Origin: Paraspadella gotoi
Taxonomy: Eukaryota > Animalia > Chaetognatha
Assembly (NCBI GenBank): GCA_051294375.1
Contig: CM119267.1
Location: 1,240,194-1,304,193, forward strand
DNA: 64,000 nt
Direction of reading: 5' to 3'
The translations under genes and the position numbers were made by a program. Under the pieces are notes generated by a model that did no database searches, was not told the DNA's origin, and saw only the letters and a program-made list of their open reading frames with translations. This document shows positions 21,093 to 34,548 of this stretch, piece by piece. Numbering within the stretch: position 1 is the first letter of the stretch; the number at the start of each line of letters is the position of its first letter.

Positions 21093-23913
21093 TGACGACG
21101 ACGATTAGACGACGTTGACGACGACGATGAAGACGTTGACGACGACGATGATGACGTTGACGACGACGATGAAGACGTTGACGACGACGATGAAGACGTT
21201 GACGACGACGATGATGACGTTGACGACGACGACGATGACGTTGACGACGACGATGATGACGTTGACGACGACGATGATGACGTGACGACGACGATGAATG
21301 ACGTTGACGACGACGATGATGACGTTGACGACGACGATGAATGACGTTGACGACGACGATGATGACGTTGACGACGACGATGATGACGTTGACGACGACG
21401 ATGATGACGTTGACGACGACGATGAATGACGTTGACGACGACGATGATGACGTTGACGACGACGACGATGACGTTGACGACGACGACGATGACGTTGACG
21501 ACGACGATGATGACGTTGACGACGACGATGATGACGTTGACGACGACGATGATGACGTTGACGACGACGATGATGACGTTGACGACGACGATGAAGACGT
21601 TGACGACGACGATGATGACGTTGACGACGACGATGAAGACGTTGACGACGACCGATGATGACGTTGACGACGACGATGATGACGTGACGACGACGATGAA
21701 GACGTTGACGACGACGATGATGACGTTGACGACGACGATGAGACGTTGACGACGACGATGATGACGTTGACGACGACGATGATGACGTTGACGACGACGA
21801 CGATGACGTTGACGACGACGATTGATGACGTTGACGACGACGATGATGACGTTGACGACGACGCATGATGACGTTGACGACGACGATGATGACGTTGACG
21901 ACGACGATGCATGACGTTGACGACGACGACGATGACGTTGACGACGACGACGATGACGTTGACGACGACGATGATGACGTTGACGACGACGATGATGACG
22001 TTGACGGACGACGATGAAGACGTTTGACGACGACGATGATGACGTTGACGACGACGATGATGACGTTGACGACGACGATGATGACGTGACGACGACGACG
22101 ATGACGTTGACGACGACGAAATGAAGACGTTGACGACGACGACGATGATCGTTGACGACGACGATGATGACGTTTGACGACAGACGAATTGATGACGTTG
22201 ACGACGACGATGGATGACGTTGACGACGACGATGAAGACGTTGACGACGACGATGAGTACGTTGACGACGACGATGAGTGACGTTGACGGACGACGACGA
22301 TGAGACGTTGACGACGACGATGATGACGTTGACGACGACGATGAAGACGTTGACGACGACCGATGATGACGTTGACGACGACGCATGATGACGTTGACGA
22401 CGACGACGATGAACGTTTGACGACGACGATGATGACGTTGACGACGACGATGATGGACGTTGACGGACGACGTGATGACGTTGACGACGACGACGATGAC
22501 GTTGACGACGACGATGATGACGTTGACGACGGACGATGATGACGTTGACGACGACGATGATGACGTTGACGACGACGCGATGATGACGTTGACGACGACG
22601 ATGAAGACGTTGACGACGACGATGATGACGCTTGACGACGACGATGATGACGTTGACGACGACGATGATGACGTTGAGACGACGACGATTGGACGAGACT
22701 GTGACGACGACGATGATGACGTGACGACGACGACGATGACGTTGACGACGCGATTGATGACGTTGACGACGACGATGATGACGTTGACGACGACGATGAT
22801 GACGTTGACGACGACGCAGATGACGTTGACGACGACGATGAAGACGTTGACGACGACGATGAAAGACGTTGACGACGACGATGATGACGTTGACGACGAG
22901 TGACGACGACGACGATGATGACGTTGACGACGACGATGATGACGTTGACGACGACGATGAAGACGTTGACGACGACGATGAGACGTTGACGACGACGATG
23001 ATGACGTTGACGACGACCGATGATGACGTTGACGACGACGATGATGACGTTGACGACGACGATGATGACGTTGACGACGACGATGATGACGCTTGACGAC
23101 GACGACTGATGAGACGTTGACGACGACGATGATGACGTTGACGACGACGATGATGACCGTTGACGACGACGATGATGACGTTGACGACGACGACGATGAC
23201 GTTGACGACGACGATGAAGACGTTGACGACGACGACGGATGATGTTGACGACGACGATTGATGACGTTGACGACGACGATGATGACGTGACGAGCGACGA
23301 TGATGACGTTGACGACGACGTGATGAAGACGTTGACGACGACGATGATGACGTTGACGACGACGATGATGACGTATGACGACGATGTGAAGACGTGTGAC
23401 GACGACGATGATGACGTTGACGACGACGATGAAACGACGACGTTGACGACGAGCGATGATGACGTGACGACGACGATGATGACGTTGACGACGACGACGA
23501 TGACGTTGACGACGACGATGATGACGTTGACGACGACGATTCGTACTCGACGTTGACGACGACGCATGATGACGTTGGACGACGACGACGATGGACGTTG
23601 ACGACGACGCATGATGACGTTGACGACGACGATTGGATGGACGTTGACGACGACGATGATGACGTTTGACGACGACGATGATGACGTTGACGACGACGAT
23701 GAAGACGTTGACGACGACGATGAGACGTTGACGACGACGTGATGATGACGTTGACGACGACGATGATGACGTGGACGACGACGATGATGAGACCTGTTGA
23801 CGACGACGATGATGACATTGACGACGACGATGAAGACGTTGACGACGACGCGCATGAACGACACGTTGACGACGACGATGATGACGTTGACGACGACGAC
23901 TGATGACGTTGAC
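21093..23913. repeat. 2.8-kb tandem array of a 21-bp unit GACGTTGACGACGACGATGAT (~130 copies); possibly a coding low-complexity exon
   Basis: Seen directly. Recurrent variants GAT>GAA and GAT>GAC, plus many scattered 1-bp indels. It accounts for the three ~1000-aa minus-strand ORFs in the track. Confidence 0.95.
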
Positions 23914-23985
23914 GGCGCCCCCGATGTGCCGAGCGTCTTTTGGCCCGGGCTGAGAATTTACGGATGGGACGAAGAGATTGATGTC

Positions 23986-24024
<39 letters not shown>

Positions 24025-24833
24025 GAGAGAGAGAGAGAGTAAGAGAAGAGAGAGAGAGCAGAGAGAGAGAGAGAGAGAGCACCGGACAGAGGGGATGGAG
24101 AGATGAGAGGGATGGGAGTAAAAATACAGAAAACGATCGCGGGAAAATAAAAAGACACAAAAAAAAAGAAAATGTAACGCACAAAAAAACACACAGACAG
24201 ACAAATAGACTAGACAGAAACCAGAAAGCCATAAATGATAGTCAAAACTACATCACTAATAAAAACACGGGAAAAAAAAAATAAAGACAAATTCAAAACA
24301 AATTAAGTACAGTAATGATATACCGCAGTAAAAACAGAGTCAAAAAATAGTAGACAACAACACAAATGACGCAATAACAGAAACAGCAGAAAAAGAAACA
24401 AAAGTAAAACCGAAAAAAAAAACCAGAAAAAAAAAAAAAAAATAACAAAAAATAAAAAAATAACATAATCGAATACCCTAATAAATATACGTGAAAAAGA
24501 TAACGAAAAATAAAGACAAACCCGCATATAGCCGGCCCCTAAGCGACCGCAACAAAAAATCAGTTAAACTCTGATAACCGAGTAAAAAAAAAAACAGAGA
24601 GATGAGAGAGAGAGAGAGAGAGAGAGACGAGAGAGAGAGCAGAGAGAATAGACGAGAGAGAAAATCTTTTGGTCGACGCGCAGCAAATGGAATCTGTGGC
24701 GGAGTAAAAGAAGCCGCCGGTTCGGATTTAGTCGTCAGAGCAGCATGCGGCGCGGGCAGGGAACGCAACCTCGTGGCGTTGGGAAAACTGAGCGGGACAT
24801 GATGAGAAGGGAGAGCAGAAAAAGAGAGAGATG

Positions 24834-24873
<40 letters not shown>

Positions 24874-24946
24874 GAAGAGAGAGAGTGAGAGAGCAGAGAG
24901 CGGCAGGGAGAGGAGAAGAGGGAGGGAAATAGGAAAAGAGGAGAGA

Positions 24947-24984
<38 letters not shown>

Positions 24985-25243
24985 TGATTCACAGTGATTC
25001 ACACGGTCTAATTGAATCGTTCGGTTCAAACAAATTAGTTCGACGCTTAGAAGAAAGATTAATTAGATTCGTTCTTTGGTAGTCGAGAATATTGCGAATA
25101 TTTTATTTATTGGTTATAAGTTAAAACCGTTCATTTACAAATCCATTAAATAGCAATAATATTAACATATTGTATTGTTGTATTTATGTACATCCCGCTA
25201 TTAGTAACGATGGAAGTCAGATTTTCTTTCGGTCGCAATCTCT

Positions 25244-28200
25244 TCACAACTTCTTGCACTTGCATTCGTTTTTCAGCAGATGGTCGACCGGGCTGAGCCC
25301 CAACCCGTCCGTCTTAGTCGGCGAGGCTCCTTTTGCCAAAAGGAGGAAGAAGAATTCGAGACAGGCATTCTCGGCCGCCTCGTGGAGAGGAGTCCAGTCG
25401 TCCGGGCCGGGTTCGTCTAGCAAGGCCCCGTGGTCTGTAGATCCGGAGGACGAACATATTAGGGAGAAAATGGGAAACCAGGATGAGCGAGGGAGAATAA
25501 AAATTCTCTCTCTCTCTCTCTCACCTATCAAACTCATTGCAACCTCAATGTGTCCCCTCTTTGCAGCAAAGTGCAACGGACGATAACCCTCGTCATTTAC
25601 AACTTCAGGATTTGCTCCATGATCCAGTAGAAAATCAGAGACGTCGGCGTGACCGTACCTAGAATCAAAAATTTAAAATTTGATGCTCTTTTGTCGAACT
25701 TAATTCTTATTCTCTCGCGATCGCAGCGCACCAAGAGGCGAAGTGGAGAGGTGTCCATCCGTCGTCTCCCCAAGCCTCGATGTCGCCGCCTTCAATGACG
25801 AGCATTTCCAAGATTTGAATTCGGTCCCAGAGGGCGGCTTCGTGGAGGGCAGTCCATCCCATGGTGCTTCTAGAAAGAGGCAAAGGCAATGAAGTGACCA
25901 AGGGGATAAGAGGTCGCCATGCGCCCTTAACGATGTGGACAGTGTGTCGAGGAGTGTGTTATTACGTCGCTACCTTCAGAGAAAACAATTCTCAAATCTG
26001 AGGTATAATAAAATTCAATTTAGAGAAACTTTATCTGCGTAGCTTAAGGGAAAGAACGCAACCGAAGCTTAAGCTTAGAGATATAACAGTTTATAAAAAA
26101 GCTCTTTGCTTTTAAGCTAAACAAACGCTCTCGGGCAAAATTTTAGATATTTTAGTGTCACGAAACTTTTTTATGAAGATAAAAGGGAAATGATGACGAA
26201 GAAAATACCGAAAATATCTGTAGGAATTTGTTTTAAAATATAACGATAACTGTGGATAGGGAAGGTACCATTGGGATCTAATGGTCATGAGCTGACGGTA
26301 TTACTCAATGAGCCACTGAGTCATTGCTTATAGGCGGGGCTCAACTTATAGAAATACCCGACTACATTTAATCTCGTAAGAGCAACGACTTTTTTAAAAA
26401 AAAATCCAAATCGAGTTACTTTGTAAGAAGTTAAGGCCACATTTCAATGGGTTTTACCGGTTTCACCATCCCGTCTTATCAGTTGGTCCCAAGTTCAATC
26501 CCAGGTTCAATCCCAGGTTCAATCCCAGATTTAATCCCACGGAATCTCATCGAAACTGGACAAGTTAAATCCCGACACGGACATGAAGTGGACACTGATG
26601 GTCAGTAGCGTATCGTAGGTGATCTTCGCCACGCTAACCGCATGTTCTTTTTTCTTAACTGCCACAAAGAAACTCTATTAGAATGCCTATTAACAGAAGC
26701 ATGCCATGTCCTTACGATAAACATTCTTCAAATTAAATAGTATTAACTTGAGGTTCGGATCCGCTCCATTTTCCAGCAGAATTTCCACAACGTCCACGTG
26801 ACCTTTTTCCGTCGCGATATGAAGAGGCGCTCGACCGAGAAAATTTCCTTGTGCGTTAACGGAGTGGGGATCTTGGGCAAGGAGACGGCGTACCTTGGAG
26901 GGAGAGGGAGAGGGAGAGGCAGGGGGGAGAGGGAGAGAGAGAATAGACAGAAAGGGAGAGAATATTAGAGAAGAGAGAAAAGAGAGGCAGGGAGAGAGAA
27001 AAGAGAATAGACGGAAAAGGGGAAAGAGAGAGAATAATTGAGAGGAAATAAGAGAGAGAGAGAGAGAGAGAATAGACAGAAAGATAGAGAATAATGGAGA
27101 GGAGATAAGAGAGAGAGAGAGTGAGAGAGAGAATAAACTAAAAGAAAGAAAGTCAATATGAGAAGAAAGAGAGAGAGAAAGTAAAGAGACAAAGACAGTC
27201 AGAGATATATATATATAGAGAGAGAGTTTTTAAAGCGTTCTTAGAAGAACGACCTGCTTAATCGAAAACTCTTTCAGGCGACGCAACTAATTGCAACGGA
27301 TGTCGGATTTTTTTTTTGGGGGGGCGGGTGACGGTAATTAGCATTTTTGGCCGGTAGAGGGAAAAAAATGAGGCGAGTTAATGGAAAGTTAATGGAGCAT
27401 TGAAGGAAAAGCCGGAAAAAATGCTAAAATATTAATTATTGTCGGGAGAAAAAGGAGAGAATCTAACAAGTTTGAGCAAACAATGTCGGATCTGCCCACG
27501 ATCATTAGCGGTAATTAATTAATTAATACAAACTATATATACTAAAATAATAATTTAATTAATAAATTAATTAATTTGATCCAAAATGTTTGTTTTTGGG
27601 TCTTTTCGTCCCTGACCACGACAAAAGCAACGCCGATGATGATGGCGACGACGACAATAATGCCAATAACGATTGACTCGTTTGATTGATTGATTAATTG
27701 ATTGATTAAATAATTAATTAATTTATAAATAAATTGATTGATTGAATAATTGATTAATGGATAACTATATAAATTATTTGCTTGAATAATTGATTAATTA
27801 ATTAATTATTTGATTAATTAATTGATTAATTATTTGATTCATTAATACATCTTATCTTGCATTTACATTTAATATATAAAGAAAAAGAAGCATAATCAAT
27901 TAGTGAAACAGGTTTTTTTGTTTTTTCTATTTAAACTCATTTCCACACAGATGATTTCATCGAAACTTGATTTCAAGCTTAATCACACACTTTACTACCC
28001 ACATACAAGATTTCATTCAAATCCATCCATCCAATCACGAGCAATTGGAGTTTTTTGCTAAGGTGGGACAGACGGATGGACAGACGGACATAGTTTTTTT
28101 GCATAATTTATCATAATTCGATGTTCTGACATGATATAAGTGAATGCCCGACAAGATTGAGGGGGCGACCGACAGACCGACAAAGTGAATTATGAGTCGA

Positions 28201-28248
28201 GATCTGCTGATAAGCAGATCCGACTGAAAAGGTGAAAAAAACTAAATG

Positions 28249-28293
<45 letters not shown>

Positions 28294-29231
28294 CAAATCA
28301 TAAAAAAGACCCAAACACAACTAAATAGAATAAAAACATTTTTTTTTAAAAATCTGTAAAAACAGCTGCGCTGGTAGTGAAGAATAAAGAGGGATTAACT
28401 ATAAGGTAAGGAAGAAGTTGTGAGGTGATGTTATAAGTTATCAGTGATAAGAAGAAAATTGAGTAATTTTTATAAATTATTATTATAAAGGGCAGGTAAA
28501 GAGAATCAATAAAGTGGTATGATAATTTTATAAACTATTTTAATTGCATAAAATGATAGAATGATTAATGGGTAAATTTATCAGTTATCTTATTTACCTA
28601 CGTACTTATATATCAGGCTAAGATTAATAAAATTAATTTACTTATTACCAACAGTTTTAAGAACAGCAAACTTGAACATTGAACTACTATAACTAAAACT
28701 TATTCTTTTCTCTGTTTTTATGTCAACCAAAACAAAAAAACCTTTTTTTTTCGTTGTCGGCTCGAGTTACCGACATGAAATCTTCTCTCTTTACCGACAA
28801 AAGTGATTCCACTTTCCTTTAAGGAAATGATGGACATTAATCACGTGCAAACTTTAAATTTATTAGAAAACTTGTAGTCAAAAATATATCGCTCTCTCTC
28901 TCTCTCTCAGTCTTTCTCTATTCCCCTCTTCCTCTATACTCTTTCGCTTTATCTCTTTTTGTTCAGATTATCTTTGCATGTGAGAGCTAAATTCTCGACT
29001 TTCTGCTAATTTTAATCTCATTTGCATATTTAAATCCGAACCTTGTCTCTGCGAGGCTATTTTGGTCGCGACGCTAGCATCAAGGATTTAATTTTTATTC
29101 CCTTAACTCACCTCAGCGACTTTCCCTCTTGCGGCGGCGGAGAGAAGCGGATTTTTGGCGTCGAAAAAAGCGACGGCGAGGACGCAGGCGGTCGCCATGA
29201 CGACGACGAACAACAAGGGGCGTGGCGACAT
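25244..29231 (-). CDS. Ankyrin-repeat protein (5-6 repeats) with N-terminal hydrophobic signal/anchor, 5 exons, 242 aa
   Basis: Exons 29231-29112, 26893-26748, 25869-25732, 25658-25525, 25434-25244; all GT-AG with phases 0,2,2,1. Repeats [101 protein letters not shown]. A second in-frame ATG lies at 29198. Confidence 0.9.
27465..28230 (-). mobile_element. HINE/DINE-like element family 1, copy in ankyrin intron 1
   Basis: Same termini as 31122-32208 in opposite orientation; internal (ATTG)n satellite. Confidence 0.65.
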
Positions 29232-29553
29232 CGTAGGAAGGTTCTCTTAGCGGCGGGGGGGGGTATGTTTTTTCTTTTTTTTGTTTCTTTTGTTATAATA
29301 ATTATTTCGTTGGACGATTAATTGACTTTTTTCGGTTAATTTTGTTGTTTTGGTTATATTTGTGTTTTTGTTTATATTTTGTTGTTTTTGTTTAATATTG
29401 GTTGTTTTTGTTTATATTTTGGTTTTTTTGTTTATTTTGTTGTTTTTCATTTTTCTAAATTTTTAATGACGTAATACATATTCAGGTTGAAAATTTTCGG
29501 TTCACAAAATACTGAAACGTGACGTAGATAAAAAAAAAAAGAAGTTTTGATGT

Positions 29554-29681
29554 GACTTATGACATCGAAAAGGAATTCGTGACAGGACTTTTGACATCAA
29601 AAATAAATTCGTGACATGACTAATGACATCGAAAAGGAATTCGTGACATGACTTATGACATCGAAAAGGAATTCGTGACAT
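29554..29681. repeat. 32-bp tandem repeat, 4 copies
   Basis: Unit GACTTATGACATCGAAAAGGAATTCGTGACAT. Confidence 0.85.
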
Positions 29682-29700
29682 GTGGCGAGACGAAAAATGG

Positions 29701-30304
29701 GGCTCTCTTTTCCAAAAGGGCCACTTTCTGTTCCTTAATCACAAAACTTAATTTTTATTGTAATACTTAAGTTAATATTTAACCATAACCCCAAACCTTA
29801 ATAATTAATCTTATCCTAAAACTTAATCCCTAACTCTAATCCTTAACGCTAATTCTTCACTCTAATCCTTAATGCTAATCCCTATCTCTAATCCTTAATG
29901 CTAATTCCTAACTTTAATCCTTAATGCTAATCCCTAACTTTAATCTTTAACGCTAATCCCTAACTAATCCTTAACGCTAATCCCTAACTCTAATCCTTAA
30001 TGCTAATACCTAACTCTAATCCTTAATGTAATCTCTAACTCTAATCTCTAACTCTAATCCTTAACACTAATCCTTAACTATAATCCTTAACACTAATCCC
30101 TAACTATAAACCTTAACACTAATCCCTAACTAATCCTTAACGCTAATCCCTAACTAGAATCCTTAACGCTAATCCCTAACTCTAATCCTTTACGCTAATC
30201 CCTAACTCTAATCCTTAACGATAATCCCTAACCTTAACTTATCTTAATCTTTAAATCCTAAACCGAATTTAAGATGAATTGGGTCTCTTTGTAAAAATAA
30301 AGCC
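29701..30304. mobile_element. MITE with 9-bp target-site duplication (Mutator-like) carrying an internal telomere-like ~24-bp satellite
   Basis: Flanked by GAAAAATGG at 29692-29700 and 30305-30313. Imperfect TIRs GGCTCTCTTTTCCAAAAGGGCC and GGGTCTCTTTGTAAAAATAAAGCC. Interior is roughly (CTAATCCCTAACTCTAATCCTTAACG)n. Confidence 0.75.
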
Positions 30305-31121
30305 GAAAAATGGTATCACGCAGAAAAAAAAGATAAAAGAATTGTGAATGAGGAGAAGTGAGATCTGGTTTTCGTCGACGACGAAAACCGTAATTCACAA
30401 AAACTAAATACATTTAGGATTTGAATAAATCAATAATCTATTTGACAGAAAAATGGATTTATGATATTTATGAGATAAGAGAAAAATATTTCACTAAAAT
30501 TGGAAGATTTGAAGACAAATTCTTTTTTTTTTTTGTTTTTCCCAAAAAAAAGTTTTTGAGAAAGAAAAGATTTGTGTGACTAAATCGCAAATTTTATCAA
30601 TTCATTGTAATATATTTGAAATGTCATATTTCATAACTTGCTTCTATGAGTTGTTAACATAATATTTCAGCTAAAGATTTGTTTTTTTAACTGTTTAAAT
30701 TCAGTGTTTTTGTTAACGTTGTTATATCATCATCGTCGTCGTCGTCATCGTCATCTTTCAATTTCCGATAATTAGTTTTCCATTCGTCTTCGTTTTTACT
30801 TCTCTTCCTCCTCCTCCTCCTCTTCCTCCTCCTCTTTCTCCTCCTCCTCCTTTCTCCTACGCATTATTCGATATCGTGCAAAAACTTATACAGATTCCGT
30901 ATCATATTAGTTTATCTCTTTATCTGTTTTCATAATATCTTTCTTTCTCTCTTTCTCTTTTCTTCTTTATTTATTTCTCTCTTTCTTTCTTTTTTATCTT
31001 TTTTCTTTCCTTTTTTTTTATATATAAAGATAATTCAATATAGCTAGAATTTTTCCACATTATTTTAGTCCATAGATTGTTCTGATCTGTTGTCGGTCTC
31101 TTGATGTTCACCAATTTCAAG

Positions 31122-32208
31122 TTTTTAGTCGGATCTGCTTATCAGCAGATCCCGACTCTATAATTCACTTTTGTCGTCCGTCGGTCCGCCCCCCCAATAT
31201 TGTCGGGCACAACACTTATATCATGCTAAGAACATCGAATTATGATAAATTATGCAAAAAAAGAAGCCCGTCCGTCCATCCATCTGTCTGTCTGTTCGTC
31301 CGTCCGTCTGTCCGTACCACTTAGTAAAAAACACCAATTACTCGTGATTGGATGGATAGATTTGAATAAAATTTGTGTGTGGGTAGGGAAGTGAGTGATT
31401 GAGCTGGATATGAAGTTTCGATGGAATCATCCCAGTGGAAATGTGTTTAATTGGAAAAAACAAAAAAAATATATTTCACTATTTGAACACCAATTACTCA
31501 TAAGTGGATGGGGCGATTGACATTCAATTTATATTTGGGTAGAAAAGTGTGTGATTAAACTGAAATCAAGTTTCGATGGAAATCGTTTGAGTGGAAATGA
31601 GTTTAAATGGAAAAAACAAAGAACCTGTTTCACTAATTGATTATGCTTCTTTTTCTTTTTATTTTAAATGTAAATGCAAAGATGTATAATTAATAAAATA
31701 ATTAATCAGTTAATTAATCAATTAGTCAATTAATTAATAAATAATTAATTAATCGGTCAATTAATCAATCAATTTATCAATCAATCAATTTATATAATTA
31801 TCATTAATTAATTATTCAATCAATCAATTTATTTATAAATTAATTATTTATTAATCAATCAATCGAATCATCAACAATCAAATCAATCAATCAATCAGTC
31901 AATCAATCATTCAATCAGTCAATCAATCAATCATCAATCAATCAATCAATCAAAGTCCAATTGTTATGGCATTATTTTGTTGTCGCCATCATCGTCGTCG
32001 TTGCCTTTGTCGTGGTGAGTGACGAAAAGACCTAAAAAACAACATTTCGGATCAAATTAATTAATTTATTAATCAAATTATTATTTTAGTTTATATAGTT
32101 TTGTAATAACTAATTAATTAACCGCAATCAATTAATTAATAATAATTAAATTAATGATTACCGCTAATTATCGTGGGTAGATCCGAACATTGTTTGCTCA
32201 AACTTGTT
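31122..32208 (+). mobile_element. HINE/DINE-like element family 1
   Basis: 5' TTTTTAGTCGGATCTGCTTATCAGCAGATCC, (GTCC/GTCT)n, (AATC)n interior, 3' GTAGATCCGA...GTTTGCTCAAACTTGTT. Confidence 0.65.
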
Positions 32209-32565
32209 TTTCAAGCAAATTTATTTGGACTTTTGTTTATTACTACTATTTACTACATTTTTCCAAATTTTGCCTATGTTTGGAAGCAAAAGCGAGAGAG
32301 AGAGAGAGGGGAGAGAGAGAGAGAGAGCAGATAGAGAGAGAATGAGAGAGAGGGAGTGAGCGTTAGAGACCATAATTCCATGAAAATGCAAGGAAATTCC
32401 TAGAAAATTCCCATCAGGAATAGAGAGGCTAGAAAGTGAGCGGAGAGATAAAGATAGAGAGAGAGAGAGAGAGGAGGGAGAGAGACGAGAGACGAGAGAA
32501 GGAGACGAGAGAGAGAGAGAGAGAGAGAGAAGAGAGAGTAGGAGAGGGATAGAGAGAGGCAGGAG

Positions 32566-32599
<34 letters not shown>

Positions 32600-32698
32600 T
32601 AGAGGAGAGAGAGAGAGAGAAAGAGAGAAGAGAGAGAACGTGTGAGCCGTCAGTAATAGTACAGGGAGTGGAAATTGCATTTTTTGAGTGATTTTTCT

Positions 32699-32830
32699 TA
32701 CCTTGGCCTTTCATCACCTTGGCCTTTCATGACCCAACCTTCTTGGCCTTTTCCTCACCTTGGCTATTTATCACCTTGACCTTCATCACCTTGGCCTGTC
32801 ATCACCTTAGCCCGATGTCACCTTGGGCTT
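32699..32830. repeat. ~16-bp tandem repeat (CACCTTGGCCTTTCAT)n
   Basis: About 8 degenerate units seen directly. Confidence 0.8.
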
Positions 32831-34361
32831 TCTTTAATATCATTTGACCCTTCCATTTTTTAAAATCTATCTTGACCTAAAACCTTAAACGTGATGATTT
32901 CAAAATCTGGCGCCACAATTTGATGGATTAGAAGAAAAAGAGATTTTTGAGGTCACGAATGTCATTCTCAATCTTGAGTGGAATAGAAATCGAGGGATTT
33001 TTAGTTGCGTCTCGAATTCTCTCTCTCTCACTCCTTCCCTCTTTCTCTCTCTTTCTTTCTTCTCTCTCTCTCTCTCTCTCTCCTCGCTCTCTCTCTCGTC
33101 TCTGCTCTCTCTCTCTTCTCTCTCTCTTTCTTCCTTTCTCTATTTAAGTAATATTCAGATTCCTTTGTCATCTGGCATTTATCACGAATATGAAAGTAAT
33201 GTAAATAATACATTAAATTTTCATGGTATAAACTTTGCGGCTCCAATGAAGTCACTTAATTTGTGGATCAACTTTGATTTATTCACTAAACTGGAGAATA
33301 ATGTGATTAGTTGATTCAGTGTTTCTTCTCCCGAATGTCCACAAATTTGAAGGCGGATCACGGGTTACGTGTGAACTCAGGGATGTGAACAGATGACAGA
33401 CGTCATTCAAAATGTCACGTCTCACACTGACGACGACGACGAAGAAGACGACGACGACGATGAAGACACGACGACGACGACTGAACGACGAAGAAGACCG
33501 ACGACGAAGAAGATGTCTATGGATAATGGAAGACGACGCCGCTAATTAGTACACATCGTGCCAAAAAACCCCCCACTTTATAACTTCATAAAAAATATTT
33601 GTAAAAATAATATTAAAAAAAAAATTTAAAAAAAAATCAATGTGTATTAATTTTATTTACTGTAGGTTCAAGTGGTTTAATCATATTTTTTAAACTTCAA
33701 TGTTCCAAAACCAGAAGGGAAAATCAAATTTCATTAAAAAACTTCGGAATTATTAACATGTCTAATTCTATCATTCATCACATTTTTCAATTACCTTTGA
33801 AATTAATATTTAAGGATCTGGGTCAATTCAGTTGTCTTGCCTATCCCTCCGGATGGCTAAAATATATATTTTTTTAATCCATTCTAAATAAAAAATATCA
33901 AAAGAAAGTAGATTAGTTTTAAAGCAATTAGATTTTTTCATATTCAGCTTTGAGGTGGAGTACTTCCATTTAAAAAAACACTGCTCCTAAAACAAATGGA
34001 CCCGATTTTTTAAAAAAACATCTTTTATAAAGTTTAATTTATTTTTATAATTTTTTAAAAATCTCATCTCTCTTTTCCTCCCTTTCTCCCTCTTTTCCTC
34101 CTCAATCTCTCCTCTCCTCTCTCCTCTCCTCCCTTATTCCCCTTTTTCTCTCCTCTCTCTCTCCTCCCCTTCTCTCCTCCCTTTTCCATCTCCTCCCTTT
34201 CCTCACCTTTTCCCTCCTCTCTCTCTGCTCCTCTCCTTCCCTCCTCTCCTCTCCTCCCTCTTTCCCTCTTTCCTCGACACTCTCCTCGAGATCAATTTCT
34301 TTCCCATTCCTTTTTTGGAGTCACAAACTTGAAAACGAATGTCGTCCAGAAATGGTGACCT

Positions 34362-34392
<31 letters not shown>

Positions 34393-34548
34393 TCATCCAA
34401 ACTGTTGACCTTCAGCAACGATGAATGGGAAGCTAAAAGTTGTTGTTCATGTTGTTATGTTCTTTTTCTTAATCGTTTTTTTTTCATTTTATTTTTGCTT
34501 ATTCTGATTTCAATACTTATATAAAAGTCACGATTAATGTCACGATCA

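Noticed and set aside
21023-24232. Three ~1000-aa minus-strand ORFs in the ORF track
   Set aside because: The repeat unit has no stop codon in any minus frame, so long ORFs are automatic. The translations hop between Ser, Val/Ile and Arg/His frames at indels and are not proteins as written.
24660-24800. Possible minus-strand exon after a CT tract, upstream of the 21-bp array
   Set aside because: An acceptor-like site is present, but no clear donor or recognisable protein.
29780-30260. True telomere or chromosome fusion site
   Set aside because: The hexamers are degenerate and enclosed by TIRs and a TSD, so they are transposon-internal.
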